DNA of 64,000 bases from Candidatus Multivorans sp. (GTDB lineage: Bacteria > Acidobacteriota > Thermoanaerobaculia > Multivoradales > Multivoraceae), in assembly GCA_965224025.1 (NCBI GenBank), contig OZ245033.1, positions 2,624,001 to 2,688,000 of the forward strand, read 5' to 3'. Under the pieces are notes generated by a model that made no database searches, was not told the DNA's origin, and saw nothing but the letters and a program-made list of their open reading frames with translations. Numbering within the stretch: position 1 is the stretch's first letter; every line of letters begins with the position of its first letter. A program made the translations under genes and the position numbers. Positions 28,982 to 38,351 of this stretch are shown here, piece after piece.

Positions 28982-30262
28982 CTAGCCGCCCAGGGAACTC
29001 GTGGCTACGGGCGCGATGGGCCGTGCCCCGAGCACGGGCGCGCGCAAGCCGAAGGCGACGAAGGCGCCGACGAGGCAGAGCCCGGTCAGGACGGACAGGG
29101 TCAGAACGTGGGAGCCCGACCAGTCCGAGAGAACGCCGGCAATGAGCGGTGCGGCGGGGGAGATGACGCCGGTGATCGCGAAGCGGATGCCCACGGTCGT
29201 GGCGAAGGCGCGGCGGCCGTAGAAGGCCGAATAGACGACGGGGATGCAGACGTAGGCGGCGCCGAAACCGAGTCCGATCAGGACCATGGACAGGTAAGCC
29301 ACGAACTCGGTGTTCGCGACGATGAACAGCGCGCAGCCGATGCCCTCCAGGATGAGGACGACGCCGAGCAGACGCTGGGGGGTCATGAAGTCGCCGAGGA
29401 AGGCGCTGAGACGGCCGAAGAGGCTGACCAGCACGCGGGCGCCGAGGATCGACCCCGCCATGGCCGTGGTGAAGCCGAGGGCAGCCAGGTGGAGGCGGCC
29501 GAAGACCGCGATGACGCCCCAGGGCACCCCGTAGGCGACCGACAGGCCAACCAGGACGTAGAACTGTGACGTACGCAGAGCGAGCGGCGCCGTCCATTCG
29601 CCGCGTACGGCTGGTCTGGACGAGGTTGCGACCTCAGGTTCCGTGCCGCCCGTGCCTCCGTCGGGCTCCTGACCGATCTTCTCCGGCTCGCCGCGCATGA
29701 ACAGCGCTGCCAGGACGGCAACGATGGCGGAGATTCCGGCGATGATGAGCCAGCCCGTGCGCCAATCGGCGACCTCGAGGATTCCCGGGGCAAAGTACTT
29801 CAGCGTCAAGTAGCCGACGACCGCCCCGCCGGCGAGAATCAGGGCCATCGCTCGTGAGCGGAAGCGTATGAACCAGTTCGAGGCCAGGGCCTGGGCCGCG
29901 AGAATGGTGCCGATGCCGATCGCGATTCCGCCCAGCACGGCGTACGCGAACATGGCGTCGGCGAACGAGTCGACCCGGCTCATGAGCCAGAAGGCGAGGA
30001 TCCCGACCACGGCGCCGAGGCTCATCATGGAACGGATGCCCCAGCGTCCGATCGCGAAGCCGGCCAAGGGCCCGAGCCCATGGTAGATCCAACTGAAGAC
30101 GCTGAAGATCAGACCGCCCTGGGTGTCGTTCATGCCGAGGTCCTGCTGCATCTCGGGCAGGAAGAAGCCCCAGCAGTAGTACATCGGCGAGATGGCCAAG
30201 CCATAGCAGACCGAGCCGAGCCCGATCATCTTCCAGCCGAGGAATCCGCGCTCGCTGGTCAG
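28982..30262 (-). CDS. MFS transporter (OFA/MCT-like)
   Basis: ~12 hydrophobic segments, GRWGIR, NWFIRFRSRAMA and ALRTSQF. The start is either CTG at 30262 (AAGGA RBS) or ATG at 30229. Confidence 0.9.
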   Translation of the reverse strand: MTSERGFLGWKMIGLGSVCYGLAISPMYYCWGFFLPEMQQDLGMNDTQGGLIFSVFSWIYHGLGPLAGFAIGRWGIRSMMSLGAVVGILAFWLMSRVDSFADAMFAYAVLGGIAIGIGTILAAQALASNWFIRFRSRAMALILAGGAVVGYLTLKYFAPGILEVADWRTGWLIIAGISAIVAVLAALFMRGEPEKIGQEPDGGTGGTEPEVATSSRPAVRGEWTAPLALRTSQFYVLVGLSVAYGVPWGVIAVFGRLHLAALGFTTAMAGSILGARVLVSLFGRLSAFLGDFMTPQRLLGVVLILEGIGCALFIVANTEFVAYLSMVLIGLGFGAAYVCIPVVYSAFYGRRAFATTVGIRFAITGVISPAAPLIAGVLSDWSGSHVLTLSVLTGLCLVGAFVAFGLRAPVLGARPIAPVATSSLGG

Positions 30263-30299
30263 GGGCGCTTCCTTTGTCTCGGCTTGACTTGACTACTGA

Positions 30300-31904
30300 C
30301 TACTGCCCGCGGATCGCTTCGAGCCGGTCGTTGATCTCGCGTTCCAGGGCGGTGCCCGTCCTCACCTCGTCGCCGAACTCGAGGTACGCCTGCTTCTTTC
30401 CATCGAACTCCGGCCACGCCGGCCGGCCGCCGCCGTTGGGATCGCCGGTGCGGGCGAACTGGACCCAGTAGTCGATCATCAGCGCCGCGAGAGCGTCATC
30501 CGTGTCGTCGTAGTTCTCGCCCAGGAGCGTGTTGAAGACGTATCCGAGTTCGGCCGCATGGTGCGCGCCCCAGGCCGGGTTCTCCGGGTTCACGCGGGTG
30601 AAGAAGTACTGGAACGCGGGCGAGGAGACGTTGTCCATGCCGAGCAGCATCTTGCGGGTGCCGCGGAGGAACCAGGTGTCGGTGAGGAAGCGGTCGTGCT
30701 GCACCTTGAGCTCGTCGGCGTTGGACGACGGGTAGAGCGCGGCGACCTTGTGGGCTGCGTCGCCGTACACCCCTTCAAGCAGCTCGAGGAATTGCGCCCG
30801 TTCAGTGAGCGGCTGGAAGGCCATGAACATCGTGCCCTCGTTGCGGTTCGTGCCCGCGATCAGGGGTACGTCGTTCTGCTTGCCGCCGGCGTACCGGTCC
30901 TCGCTCGACTCGGGCATGAAGGCCGTGTCGTAGGTGACGTGAGGTTCGTAGCTTCCGAGTGCGCCGCCCTGGGCGGTCCGGGTGATGATCGTGCCGGCGT
31001 CGAGGGCCCGCAGTGCATCCGCGGTCTGCTCTGCGCCGTCGCCGAGCATCGCCTTGGCCCAGGCGACGCCGACATCCTCCGCGCTGGCGAGCGAACCGGC
31101 CGCTTCCTGGAGGGGACGGATGTTCGTGTCCGTGACCCACGGGCTCTCCGCGATCGCCCGGTGGATGAGGCTGGCCGCCCGCGGGCTCGCCAACAGGGCG
31201 TGAACGCTGGTGCCGCCGGCGGACTCGCCGAAGATCGTCACGTTGCCTTGGTCGCCTCCGAACCGGGCGATGTTCCGGTTGACCCACTCGAGTGCCGCGA
31301 TCTGGTCGAGGAAACCGTAGTTGCCGGATGCGCCGCCGGCCTCCTTGGACAGCGCGGGGTGGGCGAGGTAGCCGAGCGGCCCGAGCCGGTAGTTGATCGA
31401 CACGAGGACCACGCCCCTGGCGGCGAAGGCGGAGCCGTCATAGGGGACCTGGTTGCTCCAGCCGAGGCTCAGGCCTCCCCCGTGGATCCAGACCATCACC
31501 GGCCGCGGGTCGTCGCCTTCCCCGGCCGCCGTCCATACGTTCAGGAACAGGCAGTCCTCGGAATTCTCCGGCAGGGACTCGCCGGTCATCATGGCCAGAG
31601 CCGGGCTCTGAGGACAGATGGCGCCGAACTCGGTGGCTTCTCTGACGCCGCTCCACTTCGCCGGCGGTAGCGGCGCCTTCCAGCGCAGCTCGCCCTCGGG
31701 GGCCGCCGCGTAGGGAATCCCGCGATAGACGGTCAAGCCGCTCGCCTCGTCGAGGACTTCGCCGCGCAGCGAACCCGTGTCGATGTCGACGACGGCTGCG
31801 GCGCTGCCGGCGCCGTTCGCACTCGATGTCGGCAGGAAGGTGGCGGTGAGTACGGTCGCGGCGGCGACGAGCGAAGCGGCGGCGCGGAAACGGCGGATAG
31901 TCAT
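30300..31904 (-). CDS. Secreted carboxylesterase type B
   Basis: SEDCLFLNVW, WIHGGG, FGESAG and HAAEL. Confidence 0.94.
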   Translation of the reverse strand: MTIRRFRAAASLVAAATVLTATFLPTSSANGAGSAAAVVDIDTGSLRGEVLDEASGLTVYRGIPYAAAPEGELRWKAPLPPAKWSGVREATEFGAICPQSPALAMMTGESLPENSEDCLFLNVWTAAGEGDDPRPVMVWIHGGGLSLGWSNQVPYDGSAFAARGVVLVSINYRLGPLGYLAHPALSKEAGGASGNYGFLDQIAALEWVNRNIARFGGDQGNVTIFGESAGGTSVHALLASPRAASLIHRAIAESPWVTDTNIRPLQEAAGSLASAEDVGVAWAKAMLGDGAEQTADALRALDAGTIITRTAQGGALGSYEPHVTYDTAFMPESSEDRYAGGKQNDVPLIAGTNRNEGTMFMAFQPLTERAQFLELLEGVYGDAAHKVAALYPSSNADELKVQHDRFLTDTWFLRGTRKMLLGMDNVSSPAFQYFFTRVNPENPAWGAHHAAELGYVFNTLLGENYDDTDDALAALMIDYWVQFARTGDPNGGGRPAWPEFDGKKQAYLEFGDEVRTGTALEREINDRLEAIRGQ

Positions 31905-32171
31905 GAACTCTCCTTCTCGATGCTTGGGCTCGACTGGGGAGTCGAGGTCCGATGGCGGTCATCGCGGTTGGCCTGTAGCCGAAGGCGGCATCCTAGCCGA
32001 CCTCGTCGACCCGAGACGGAGGAGTGGAGTCTCGTTGTATTCTGGCCCCTGCTCACGATCACTTCTCGGTGGAGAGCACCCGACTTGCGCTGACGGGAAC
32101 CGGCACTGGTAGAGTCAGCCCATGGCCCAAGCGCCGACGTTCGACAGACCCCAAGAGGAGGATGTAGACCC

Positions 32172-32828
32172 ATGACAAATCGAGTTGTGCGTCCCATCTC
32201 GATCCCACTCACCGTTCTTGTGTGCGGCCTTCTGGCCGTCGCGCTGTTCGCCGGCCCGGCGCTGGCCTCGGAATCGGAGCGGCCGGAGACAGCCGGCTTC
32301 GTCGGCGTGGACCAGGCGGCCGAGATCGAGCAGGCCGAGGGCGATCTCGAACCCTGCGTCGCGAGTGAGACCGTCATGTGTCTTCATGGCGACCGCTACG
32401 AAGTGACGATCGAGTGGGAGAACCCCCAAGGGGCCAGGGGGGACGCGAAGGTGGTCAGGGGGGGGGCGCGACCTATCGGCACGAGTGAATCGGGCATGTT
32501 CTACTTCTTCAGCCCGAGCAACTGGGAAGTGCTGCTCAAGGTGCTTGATGCCTGCACTCACAATCGGCATCACTGGGTGTATGCAGCGTCGGCGAGCGAT
32601 GTCGGCATGACGCTGGTCGTTCGGGATACGAGCCTCCCGAACTACGATGCGGACGGCAGGATGATCGTCAACTCCAGGACCTACACCTTCGCGCCTCATA
32701 GCAGACGGCCGCAGAACCCGGGTGAGTCGGATGAGGACTACCGGACGAATGTTCTAGCGAAGGGACACCCGGCGCTTACTGAGAGTGGTGCGTTCCCCGA
32801 CGCGTGCCCTGCCCCTGCGGACGCATAG
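32172..32828 (+). CDS. Secreted hypothetical protein with an 'NWEVLLKVLDAC...HWVY' domain
   Basis: GAGGAGG RBS, signal peptide, CLHGDRYEV and SGMFYFFSPSNWEVLLKVLDAC. Confidence 0.75.
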   Translation: MTNRVVRPISIPLTVLVCGLLAVALFAGPALASESERPETAGFVGVDQAAEIEQAEGDLEPCVASETVMCLHGDRYEVTIEWENPQGARGDAKVVRGGARPIGTSESGMFYFFSPSNWEVLLKVLDACTHNRHHWVYAASASDVGMTLVVRDTSLPNYDADGRMIVNSRTYTFAPHSRRPQNPGESDEDYRTNVLAKGHPALTESGAFPDACPAPADA

Positions 32829-32876
32829 CTGAGTTCGCGGCTCGGCCTAGCCCCGCGCGATGCCGACTCTTGAACG

Positions 32877-33842
32877 TCAGCTCATCAGGCCGGCCAACAG
32901 TCGGATCGACTCCTCGACCTCCCATGGCGCCGCGTCGGGGACCCCGCAGCGGGCAATGACGTGGGTCATGCCGATTTGCTCGCGGTAGCGATCGAGGCCG
33001 GCGCGAACCTCGTCGCTGTCGCCCACGATCGCCCAGTTCTCCACGTCGGCCAGCTCCTCCTCCTGGACCAGACGTGTGCCGGAGCGCACCATGCGGATCG
33101 CCTGGGCAGTCAGAGCGGAGCGGACGCGGTCGCAGGTCTGCGGGTTGTCCGCAACGAAGACGGTGCGCATGACCGGCACGATGGGGCGGGGGGCGTCCTC
33201 CGGGAGAGCGGTCCGATGGAGTTCGTGGTTCCTGGTCAGGCGCTGGATCGTTTCCAGCGGTGACGACAAGTAGGGCAGGCCGAGTTCGCCGGCCTGCTTG
33301 AGCGCCAGCGGGCCGAAGGCGGCCACCCACAGTTCGGGGTGTGGCTTCTGCACCGGTAACGGCGCCAGCCTAACCGGCTGCCGCGCATCCGGTGCACCGA
33401 CTTCGATCGCTTCGCCGGCCCAGGCCCGTCGCATCAGGTCGAGGGATTCGGAGAAGCGCTGGCGTTTGGTCCGCGGATCGACGCCGAACGCCGCGAACAG
33501 CGCCGGGCGGAAACCGCGTCCCAGGCCGAGGATCACCCGGCCGTTCGAGACCTGGTCGAGGACCGCGACATCTTCGGCGGCCTGGAACGGGTTCCGGATC
33601 GGCAGCAGATAGGACGTCGTGCCCAAGCGGAGCCGGCTCGTTCGCGCCGCCGCGGCTGCGAGAACGACGAGCGGCGACGGGCAGGAGGCGGCGCCGCTGA
33701 AGTGGCTCTCCGGCAGGAACAGGGAATGGAAGCCGAGTTGATCCGCGAACTCCGCCTGCTCGGCGATGGCGGCCGCCTGGTCGCCCAAACGGTCAACCCA
33801 AGGCGTGAGTCCGACCTGGATCCTGTTCGCTTCCTCCACCAT
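32877..33842 (-). CDS. LLM-class flavin-dependent oxidoreductase
   Basis: ESHF, AARTSRLRLGT, AEDVAVLDQVSNGRVILGLGRG and PVQKPHP. Confidence 0.92.
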   Translation of the reverse strand: MVEEANRIQVGLTPWVDRLGDQAAAIAEQAEFADQLGFHSLFLPESHFSGAASCPSPLVVLAAAAARTSRLRLGTTSYLLPIRNPFQAAEDVAVLDQVSNGRVILGLGRGFRPALFAAFGVDPRTKRQRFSESLDLMRRAWAGEAIEVGAPDARQPVRLAPLPVQKPHPELWVAAFGPLALKQAGELGLPYLSSPLETIQRLTRNHELHRTALPEDAPRPIVPVMRTVFVADNPQTCDRVRSALTAQAIRMVRSGTRLVQEEELADVENWAIVGDSDEVRAGLDRYREQIGMTHVIARCGVPDAAPWEVEESIRLLAGLMS

Positions 33843-33863
33843 CCGCCGGCCCGGCGGCGCCGA

Positions 33864-35951
33864 TCAGGAGCGCCAGTCGCTGAAGCTCTTGCCCTTGGCG
33901 GCCAGGTCGGCGAGCAGACCTGACGGCTGCCAGAAGTCGTCACCGCTCTCGCCCGCGAACTCGCGCATCCGGTCGACGATCTTGCCCAAGCCGACGCTGT
34001 CGCTCCAGTGCATCGGACCGCCCCGGTACACCGGCCAGCCGTAGCCGTTGACCCAGATCACGTCGATGTCGGAGGGCCGGATCGCGATCCCTTCTTCGAG
34101 GATCTTCGCGCCCTCGTTGACCATCGGATAGAGGCAGCGTTCGAGGATCTCGTCTTCGCCGACTTCGCGCTGTTCAATGCCCTGGGCGGCGCCGAAATCG
34201 CTGATGATCTGTAGCACTTCCGGATCGGGCGCCGAGGCGCGGGTTTCGGGATCGTAGACGTAGTAGCCGCGGCCGTTCTTCTGGCCGCGCCGGCCGGACT
34301 CGCAGAGGATCTCGCGGATGTCGCGAGACGCCGACTCCTTCTCGTTCCAGCCGATGTCGAGACCGGCGAGGTCGCTCATCGCGAACGGACCCATGGGGAA
34401 GCCGAAGTCGTACAGGACGCGGTCCACGTCGTAGTATCTGGCGCCTTCCAGGATGATCTGCTGTGCCTGCGTCTGGCGCTGGAACAGGATCCGGTTGCCG
34501 ACGAAGCCGCGGCAGACGCCCACGAGCACCGGCACCTTGCCGATCTGCTTGGAGATCGTCATCGAGGTGTGGATCACGTCCTTCGCCGTCTTCTCGCCCC
34601 GCACGACCTCGAGCAGGCGCATGATGTTCGCGGGCGAGAAGAAGTGCATGCCGATCACGTCCTCGGGCCTCGCCGTGGCGGCCGCGATCTCGTTCACGTC
34701 GAGGGCCGAGGTGTTCGTGGCCAGGATGGCGCCCGGCTTCACGATCCGGTCGAGGCTGGCGAAGATCTCCTTCTTCAGATCCATGTTCTCGAACACCGCC
34801 TCGATCACCAGGTCGCGGTCGGCGAGCGCCTCGCGGTCGGTGACGCCGTTGAGCAGTCCCATGCACTGGTCGACCTGTTCCATCGTCATGCGGCCGCGGC
34901 TGGCGGTCCGTTCGTAGTTCTTGCGGATGACGCCGAAGCCGTGGTCGAGCCGGCTCTGCTCGGCCTCGACGATCGTCACGCCGATGCCGCGGTTCGCGAA
35001 GTTCATCGAGATGCCGCCGCCCATCGTGCCGCATCCGAGGACCCCGACCTTCTCGATCTTCCGCATCTTGGTGGTGCGGGGCACATCGGGCACCTTGGCG
35101 GCCTCGCGCTCGGCGAAGAAGTAGTAGCGCTGAGCGATCGACTGCTTGCCGGCCATCAGCTCCGCGAACAGTTGACGTTCGTAGTCGAGCGCTTCGTCGA
35201 AGGACATGTCGAGGCCGGCCTCGATCGCCCGCGCGTTGGCCTCCGGCGCCTCAAAGCCGCGCGTCCGCCGGGCGATCTTGCGCCGGAAGCCGTCGAAGAT
35301 CTCCTTCCGGTTGGCCCGCGCCTCGTTCACCTTCTCGTCGAGGTCGCGGATCTTCTTGAGCGGCCGGTCTTCGGCGATCAGTTTCTCGGCGAAGGCGACC
35401 CCGCCCTCGAACACGTCGCCTGTGATCTCGTCGATCAGGCCGCCTTCGAGCGCCTCCGCGGCGCCGATGGGGTTGCCGATCACGCACATTTCGAGCGCCT
35501 TCGGATAGCCGACGAGTCGGGGCAGCCGCTGCGTGCCGCCCGCGCCCGGCAGAATCCCCAGCTTGACCTCGGGCTGGCCGAAACGGGCGGACGCCACGCC
35601 GACCCGGTAGTGGCAGGCCATCGCCGTCTCCAGGCCGCCGCCGAGTGCCGTGCCGTGAATCGAAGCGATGACGGGCTTGGACGCATGCTCCATCGCCTCG
35701 ATCGCTTCGTTCAGGCCGGGCTCCTTCATCGGCTTGCCGAACTCGGTGATGTCGGCGCCGGCGATGAAGGTGCGGCCCTTGCACACCAGGAGGACGGCGG
35801 CTACATCGTCGTCCGCCTCCGCCCTGGCGAGTCCTTCGACCATTCCGGCCCGCACGCCGTGGCTGAGAGCGTTGACGGGAGGATTGTCGATCACGATCAG
35901 GGCGACTTCGCCGCGAACTTCGTAGTCGACCATGTCTGTCAATGGGGTCAT
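33864..35951 (-). CDS. Enoyl-CoA hydratase/3-hydroxyacyl-CoA dehydrogenase fusion
   Basis: FIAGADI, PEVKLGILPGAGGTQRLPR, GCGTMGGG, ATNTS and HFFSPA. Confidence 0.95.
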   Translation of the reverse strand: MTPLTDMVDYEVRGEVALIVIDNPPVNALSHGVRAGMVEGLARAEADDDVAAVLLVCKGRTFIAGADITEFGKPMKEPGLNEAIEAMEHASKPVIASIHGTALGGGLETAMACHYRVGVASARFGQPEVKLGILPGAGGTQRLPRLVGYPKALEMCVIGNPIGAAEALEGGLIDEITGDVFEGGVAFAEKLIAEDRPLKKIRDLDEKVNEARANRKEIFDGFRRKIARRTRGFEAPEANARAIEAGLDMSFDEALDYERQLFAELMAGKQSIAQRYYFFAEREAAKVPDVPRTTKMRKIEKVGVLGCGTMGGGISMNFANRGIGVTIVEAEQSRLDHGFGVIRKNYERTASRGRMTMEQVDQCMGLLNGVTDREALADRDLVIEAVFENMDLKKEIFASLDRIVKPGAILATNTSALDVNEIAAATARPEDVIGMHFFSPANIMRLLEVVRGEKTAKDVIHTSMTISKQIGKVPVLVGVCRGFVGNRILFQRQTQAQQIILEGARYYDVDRVLYDFGFPMGPFAMSDLAGLDIGWNEKESASRDIREILCESGRRGQKNGRGYYVYDPETRASAPDPEVLQIISDFGAAQGIEQREVGEDEILERCLYPMVNEGAKILEEGIAIRPSDIDVIWVNGYGWPVYRGGPMHWSDSVGLGKIVDRMREFAGESGDDFWQPSGLLADLAAKGKSFSDWRS

Positions 35952-36034
35952 GCTTCTGTTCTCTCCTGGCGCGGGCGCGCCGATGGGTTGCTTGGGAAGT
36001 TGCCGCCGGGGTTGGCGCCGGAAGGAAACGGAAT

Positions 36035-36697
36035 CTAGTCGCCGGCGCCGAGCAGGTCCAGGAAGCTGCTGATGCGGTCCGCGTTCTTGCCCAGGTCGCC
36101 GACGCCGACGCGGGACACGGAGCGCACGTCGACAGCGGCGCCGCCGGCCTCGGCGCGGACGCGGACTGCTATGTAGTCGACGAACCGGAACCACGGCGTG
36201 GTGTCGGAGAACTCGAACAGGCCGTTCTGCTCGTCCTCGCGCACTGGCGTCCAGCCGAGGTCCTCGGCCGCGTGCTGGACCCGCCAGATCGCCTCGTTGG
36301 TGGCGATGTCGAACCTGGCGGTGTCGAGATCGGCGTATGCCTGCCGCTGCAGGTCCGGCACCTGGTCGCCGCCGCTCGGGTAGGCGAAGCCGGCGCCGCG
36401 ACTGTCGAGGGAGGCGGCTGCCGCGAAGGCCGGCGGGTCCTCGGGATTCGTCGTGATGTCGTGGATGGGCGGGGCCTGGGCAGCCCCGCCGCGGCGCTCT
36501 CTGGGCCGCGTGCGGACCAGGCCGATCAGGCCCAGAAGCAGCGCCAGCGCGGCGCCCAGAGGCAGCAGGAAGGCGAACAGGGCAAAGCCCGGCAGGGAGG
36601 AGACCAGGCCGAACCGGGCGCCGACAGCGCCGACCAGTCCGGTTACCATCGCCAGGCTGGCCACCAGCGGCGAAGCGAGTGCGGTCGTGGAGTTCAT
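36035..36697 (-). CDS. DUF1499 domain membrane protein
   Basis: PPIHDITT, TPWFRFVD and RSVSRVGVGDLGKNADRI. Confidence 0.88.
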   Translation of the reverse strand: MNSTTALASPLVASLAMVTGLVGAVGARFGLVSSLPGFALFAFLLPLGAALALLLGLIGLVRTRPRERRGGAAQAPPIHDITTNPEDPPAFAAAASLDSRGAGFAYPSGGDQVPDLQRQAYADLDTARFDIATNEAIWRVQHAAEDLGWTPVREDEQNGLFEFSDTTPWFRFVDYIAVRVRAEAGGAAVDVRSVSRVGVGDLGKNADRISSFLDLLGAGD

Positions 36698-36738
36698 AGG
36701 GCGCGGAGGGTAACAGGGACTGCTACGGTTCTGCCGTT

Positions 36739-36802
36739 CCATCCGTGCGCCCGATGACGGGCCCACGGAGTGGTTCGCGTGTGGCGCGGGTCGCGCCACA
36801 CG
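36739..36802 (+). repeat. Dispersed repeat, inner double-hairpin module only (copy 1)
   Basis: CCATCCGTGCGCCCGATGACGGGCCCACGG...GTGGCGCGGGTCGCGCCAC matches the copies at 38234, 51986 and 57660. Confidence 0.9.
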
Positions 36803-36845
36803 GGTTTGCCGCGCAGCCGATCCGAACGCCGCAGCAGCCATCGCC

Positions 36846-38192
36846 GTGCAGGAAGACCGATTCGCAGCCGCCCTGGTGCTTCTGTTCGTCTCGCTGGCCG
36901 GGTGCGGCGGCGAGCGGGCGGCCGACGGTCGCGCGGAACGCCGGCCCAACGTGGTCCTGTACGTCGTCGACACGGTCCGCGCGGACCGGCTCGGCATATA
37001 CGGCTACGACAAGCCGACCTCGCCGCGGCTCGACGCGTTCGCGGAAGATGGCGTCGTGTTCGCGAACGCCTACGCCCAGTCTTCATGGACCCGGCCGGCG
37101 ATGGCGTCCCTCTTCACCGGCCTCCTGCCGCCGGCGCACCGGACCGTCGGCCGCCGTTCCGTGTTGCCCGGGGACGCGACGACCCTGGCCGAGATCCTGG
37201 CCGCCAACGGCTACGAGGGAATGGGCCTCGTCCGCAACCCGAACGTCGGCCGGGCCTTCGGCTTCGCCCAGGGGTTCACCCGCTTTCGCAGCGAGGATCG
37301 CGAGCGGGACGAGACGATGCTCGACCGGGTTCGGCTGTGGCTGGACGAGCGACAGGACACTGGATCGCCGTTCTTCCTCTATCTGCACGCGATCGACCCC
37401 CACGGGCCCTACGACCCGGCGCCCGAGTTCGAGCGGATGTTCGACGCCGGCGGCGCGCCCGGGCACTACCGCACGGTCCGGTACCTGCTTCAGTTGAACC
37501 GGGGCGAGGTGGAGCCCGATGCGGGCACCGCCGAGGCCTTGTCCCGTCTGTACGACGCGGAGGTGGCCCAGAACGACCGCGCCTTCGGCCAGCTTCTCGA
37601 CGAGCTCAACGTTCGTGGACTGGTTGGCGACACGGCGGTGATCTACGTGTCCGATCACGGTGAAGAGTTCGAGGAGCACGGCCGCTGGGAACATGGCATC
37701 TCTCTCTATGAGGAAGTGCTGCGGATCCCTCTGGTGATGGGTCTCCCGGGAGTGACGGCGCGGCGGGTCGAGACGCCGGCGCAGCACGTCGACCTGCTGC
37801 CGACCCTGCTCGCCTACCTGGGCATCGAGACGCCGGCGACGGACGGTCGCGATCTGCTTTCGGAGCCGAAACGGGGAGATGAACGGTCAGACGTCTACGC
37901 TCACCTCGACGTCGACAACCACCGGAGCTCCGCTGTGATCCGCGGCCACTACAAGTTGGTTCTGCCGCAGTCACGCTCCCAGGGCAGCGAGCCGATGCTC
38001 TTCGACCTGGAGGTGGACCCGGACGAGCGCGCGAACCTGGCGCCGAGCCGGCCGGAGATCGTCACGCGGATGACGGAGTTACTCGCTGGCAGAGGGCTCG
38101 CGGGCGAAGTCGAGCCCGCAGTCGAACTCGAAGATGACCAGATCGATGAGGACCTGCGGCGCAGGCTGAAGGCGCTGGGCTACGTCGACTAG
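36846..38192 (+). CDS. Sulfatase-like hydrolase (Ser-type) lipoprotein
   Basis: Lipobox LAGC, DTVRAD, SSWTRPAMASLFTG, DPHGPY and SDHGEEF. Confidence 0.92.
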   Translation: MQEDRFAAALVLLFVSLAGCGGERAADGRAERRPNVVLYVVDTVRADRLGIYGYDKPTSPRLDAFAEDGVVFANAYAQSSWTRPAMASLFTGLLPPAHRTVGRRSVLPGDATTLAEILAANGYEGMGLVRNPNVGRAFGFAQGFTRFRSEDRERDETMLDRVRLWLDERQDTGSPFFLYLHAIDPHGPYDPAPEFERMFDAGGAPGHYRTVRYLLQLNRGEVEPDAGTAEALSRLYDAEVAQNDRAFGQLLDELNVRGLVGDTAVIYVSDHGEEFEEHGRWEHGISLYEEVLRIPLVMGLPGVTARRVETPAQHVDLLPTLLAYLGIETPATDGRDLLSEPKRGDERSDVYAHLDVDNHRSSAVIRGHYKLVLPQSRSQGSEPMLFDLEVDPDERANLAPSRPEIVTRMTELLAGRGLAGEVEPAVELEDDQIDEDLRRRLKALGYVD

Positions 38193-38194
38193 CG

Positions 38195-38351
38195 CTAGAA
38201 GCTTGCGCGGCAGAAACTGGGTGCGCCGGCGTGCCATCCGTGCGCCCGAGTGACGGGCGCACGGAATGGTTCACAGGTGGCGCGGATCGCGCCACCTGGG
38301 TTCCCGCCGGCATCCTGCGCGAAGCGTCGGCTTCCGTGAGTTCTGCCGCGC
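38195..38351 (+). repeat. Complete dispersed repeat (outer inverted-repeat shell plus inner module; copy 2), unoccupied target for both IS110 elements
   Basis: Inverted repeat GCGCGGCAGAA at 38205-38215 and TTCTGCCGCGC at 38341-38351, with inner hairpins. Lies between convergent genes. Confidence 0.9.

Noticed and set aside
36739-38351. Sulfatase gene as a composite mobile unit between two repeat copies
   Set aside because: Copy 1 lacks the outer ends, there is no TSD or compositional shift, and the repeat is common enough for chance flanking.
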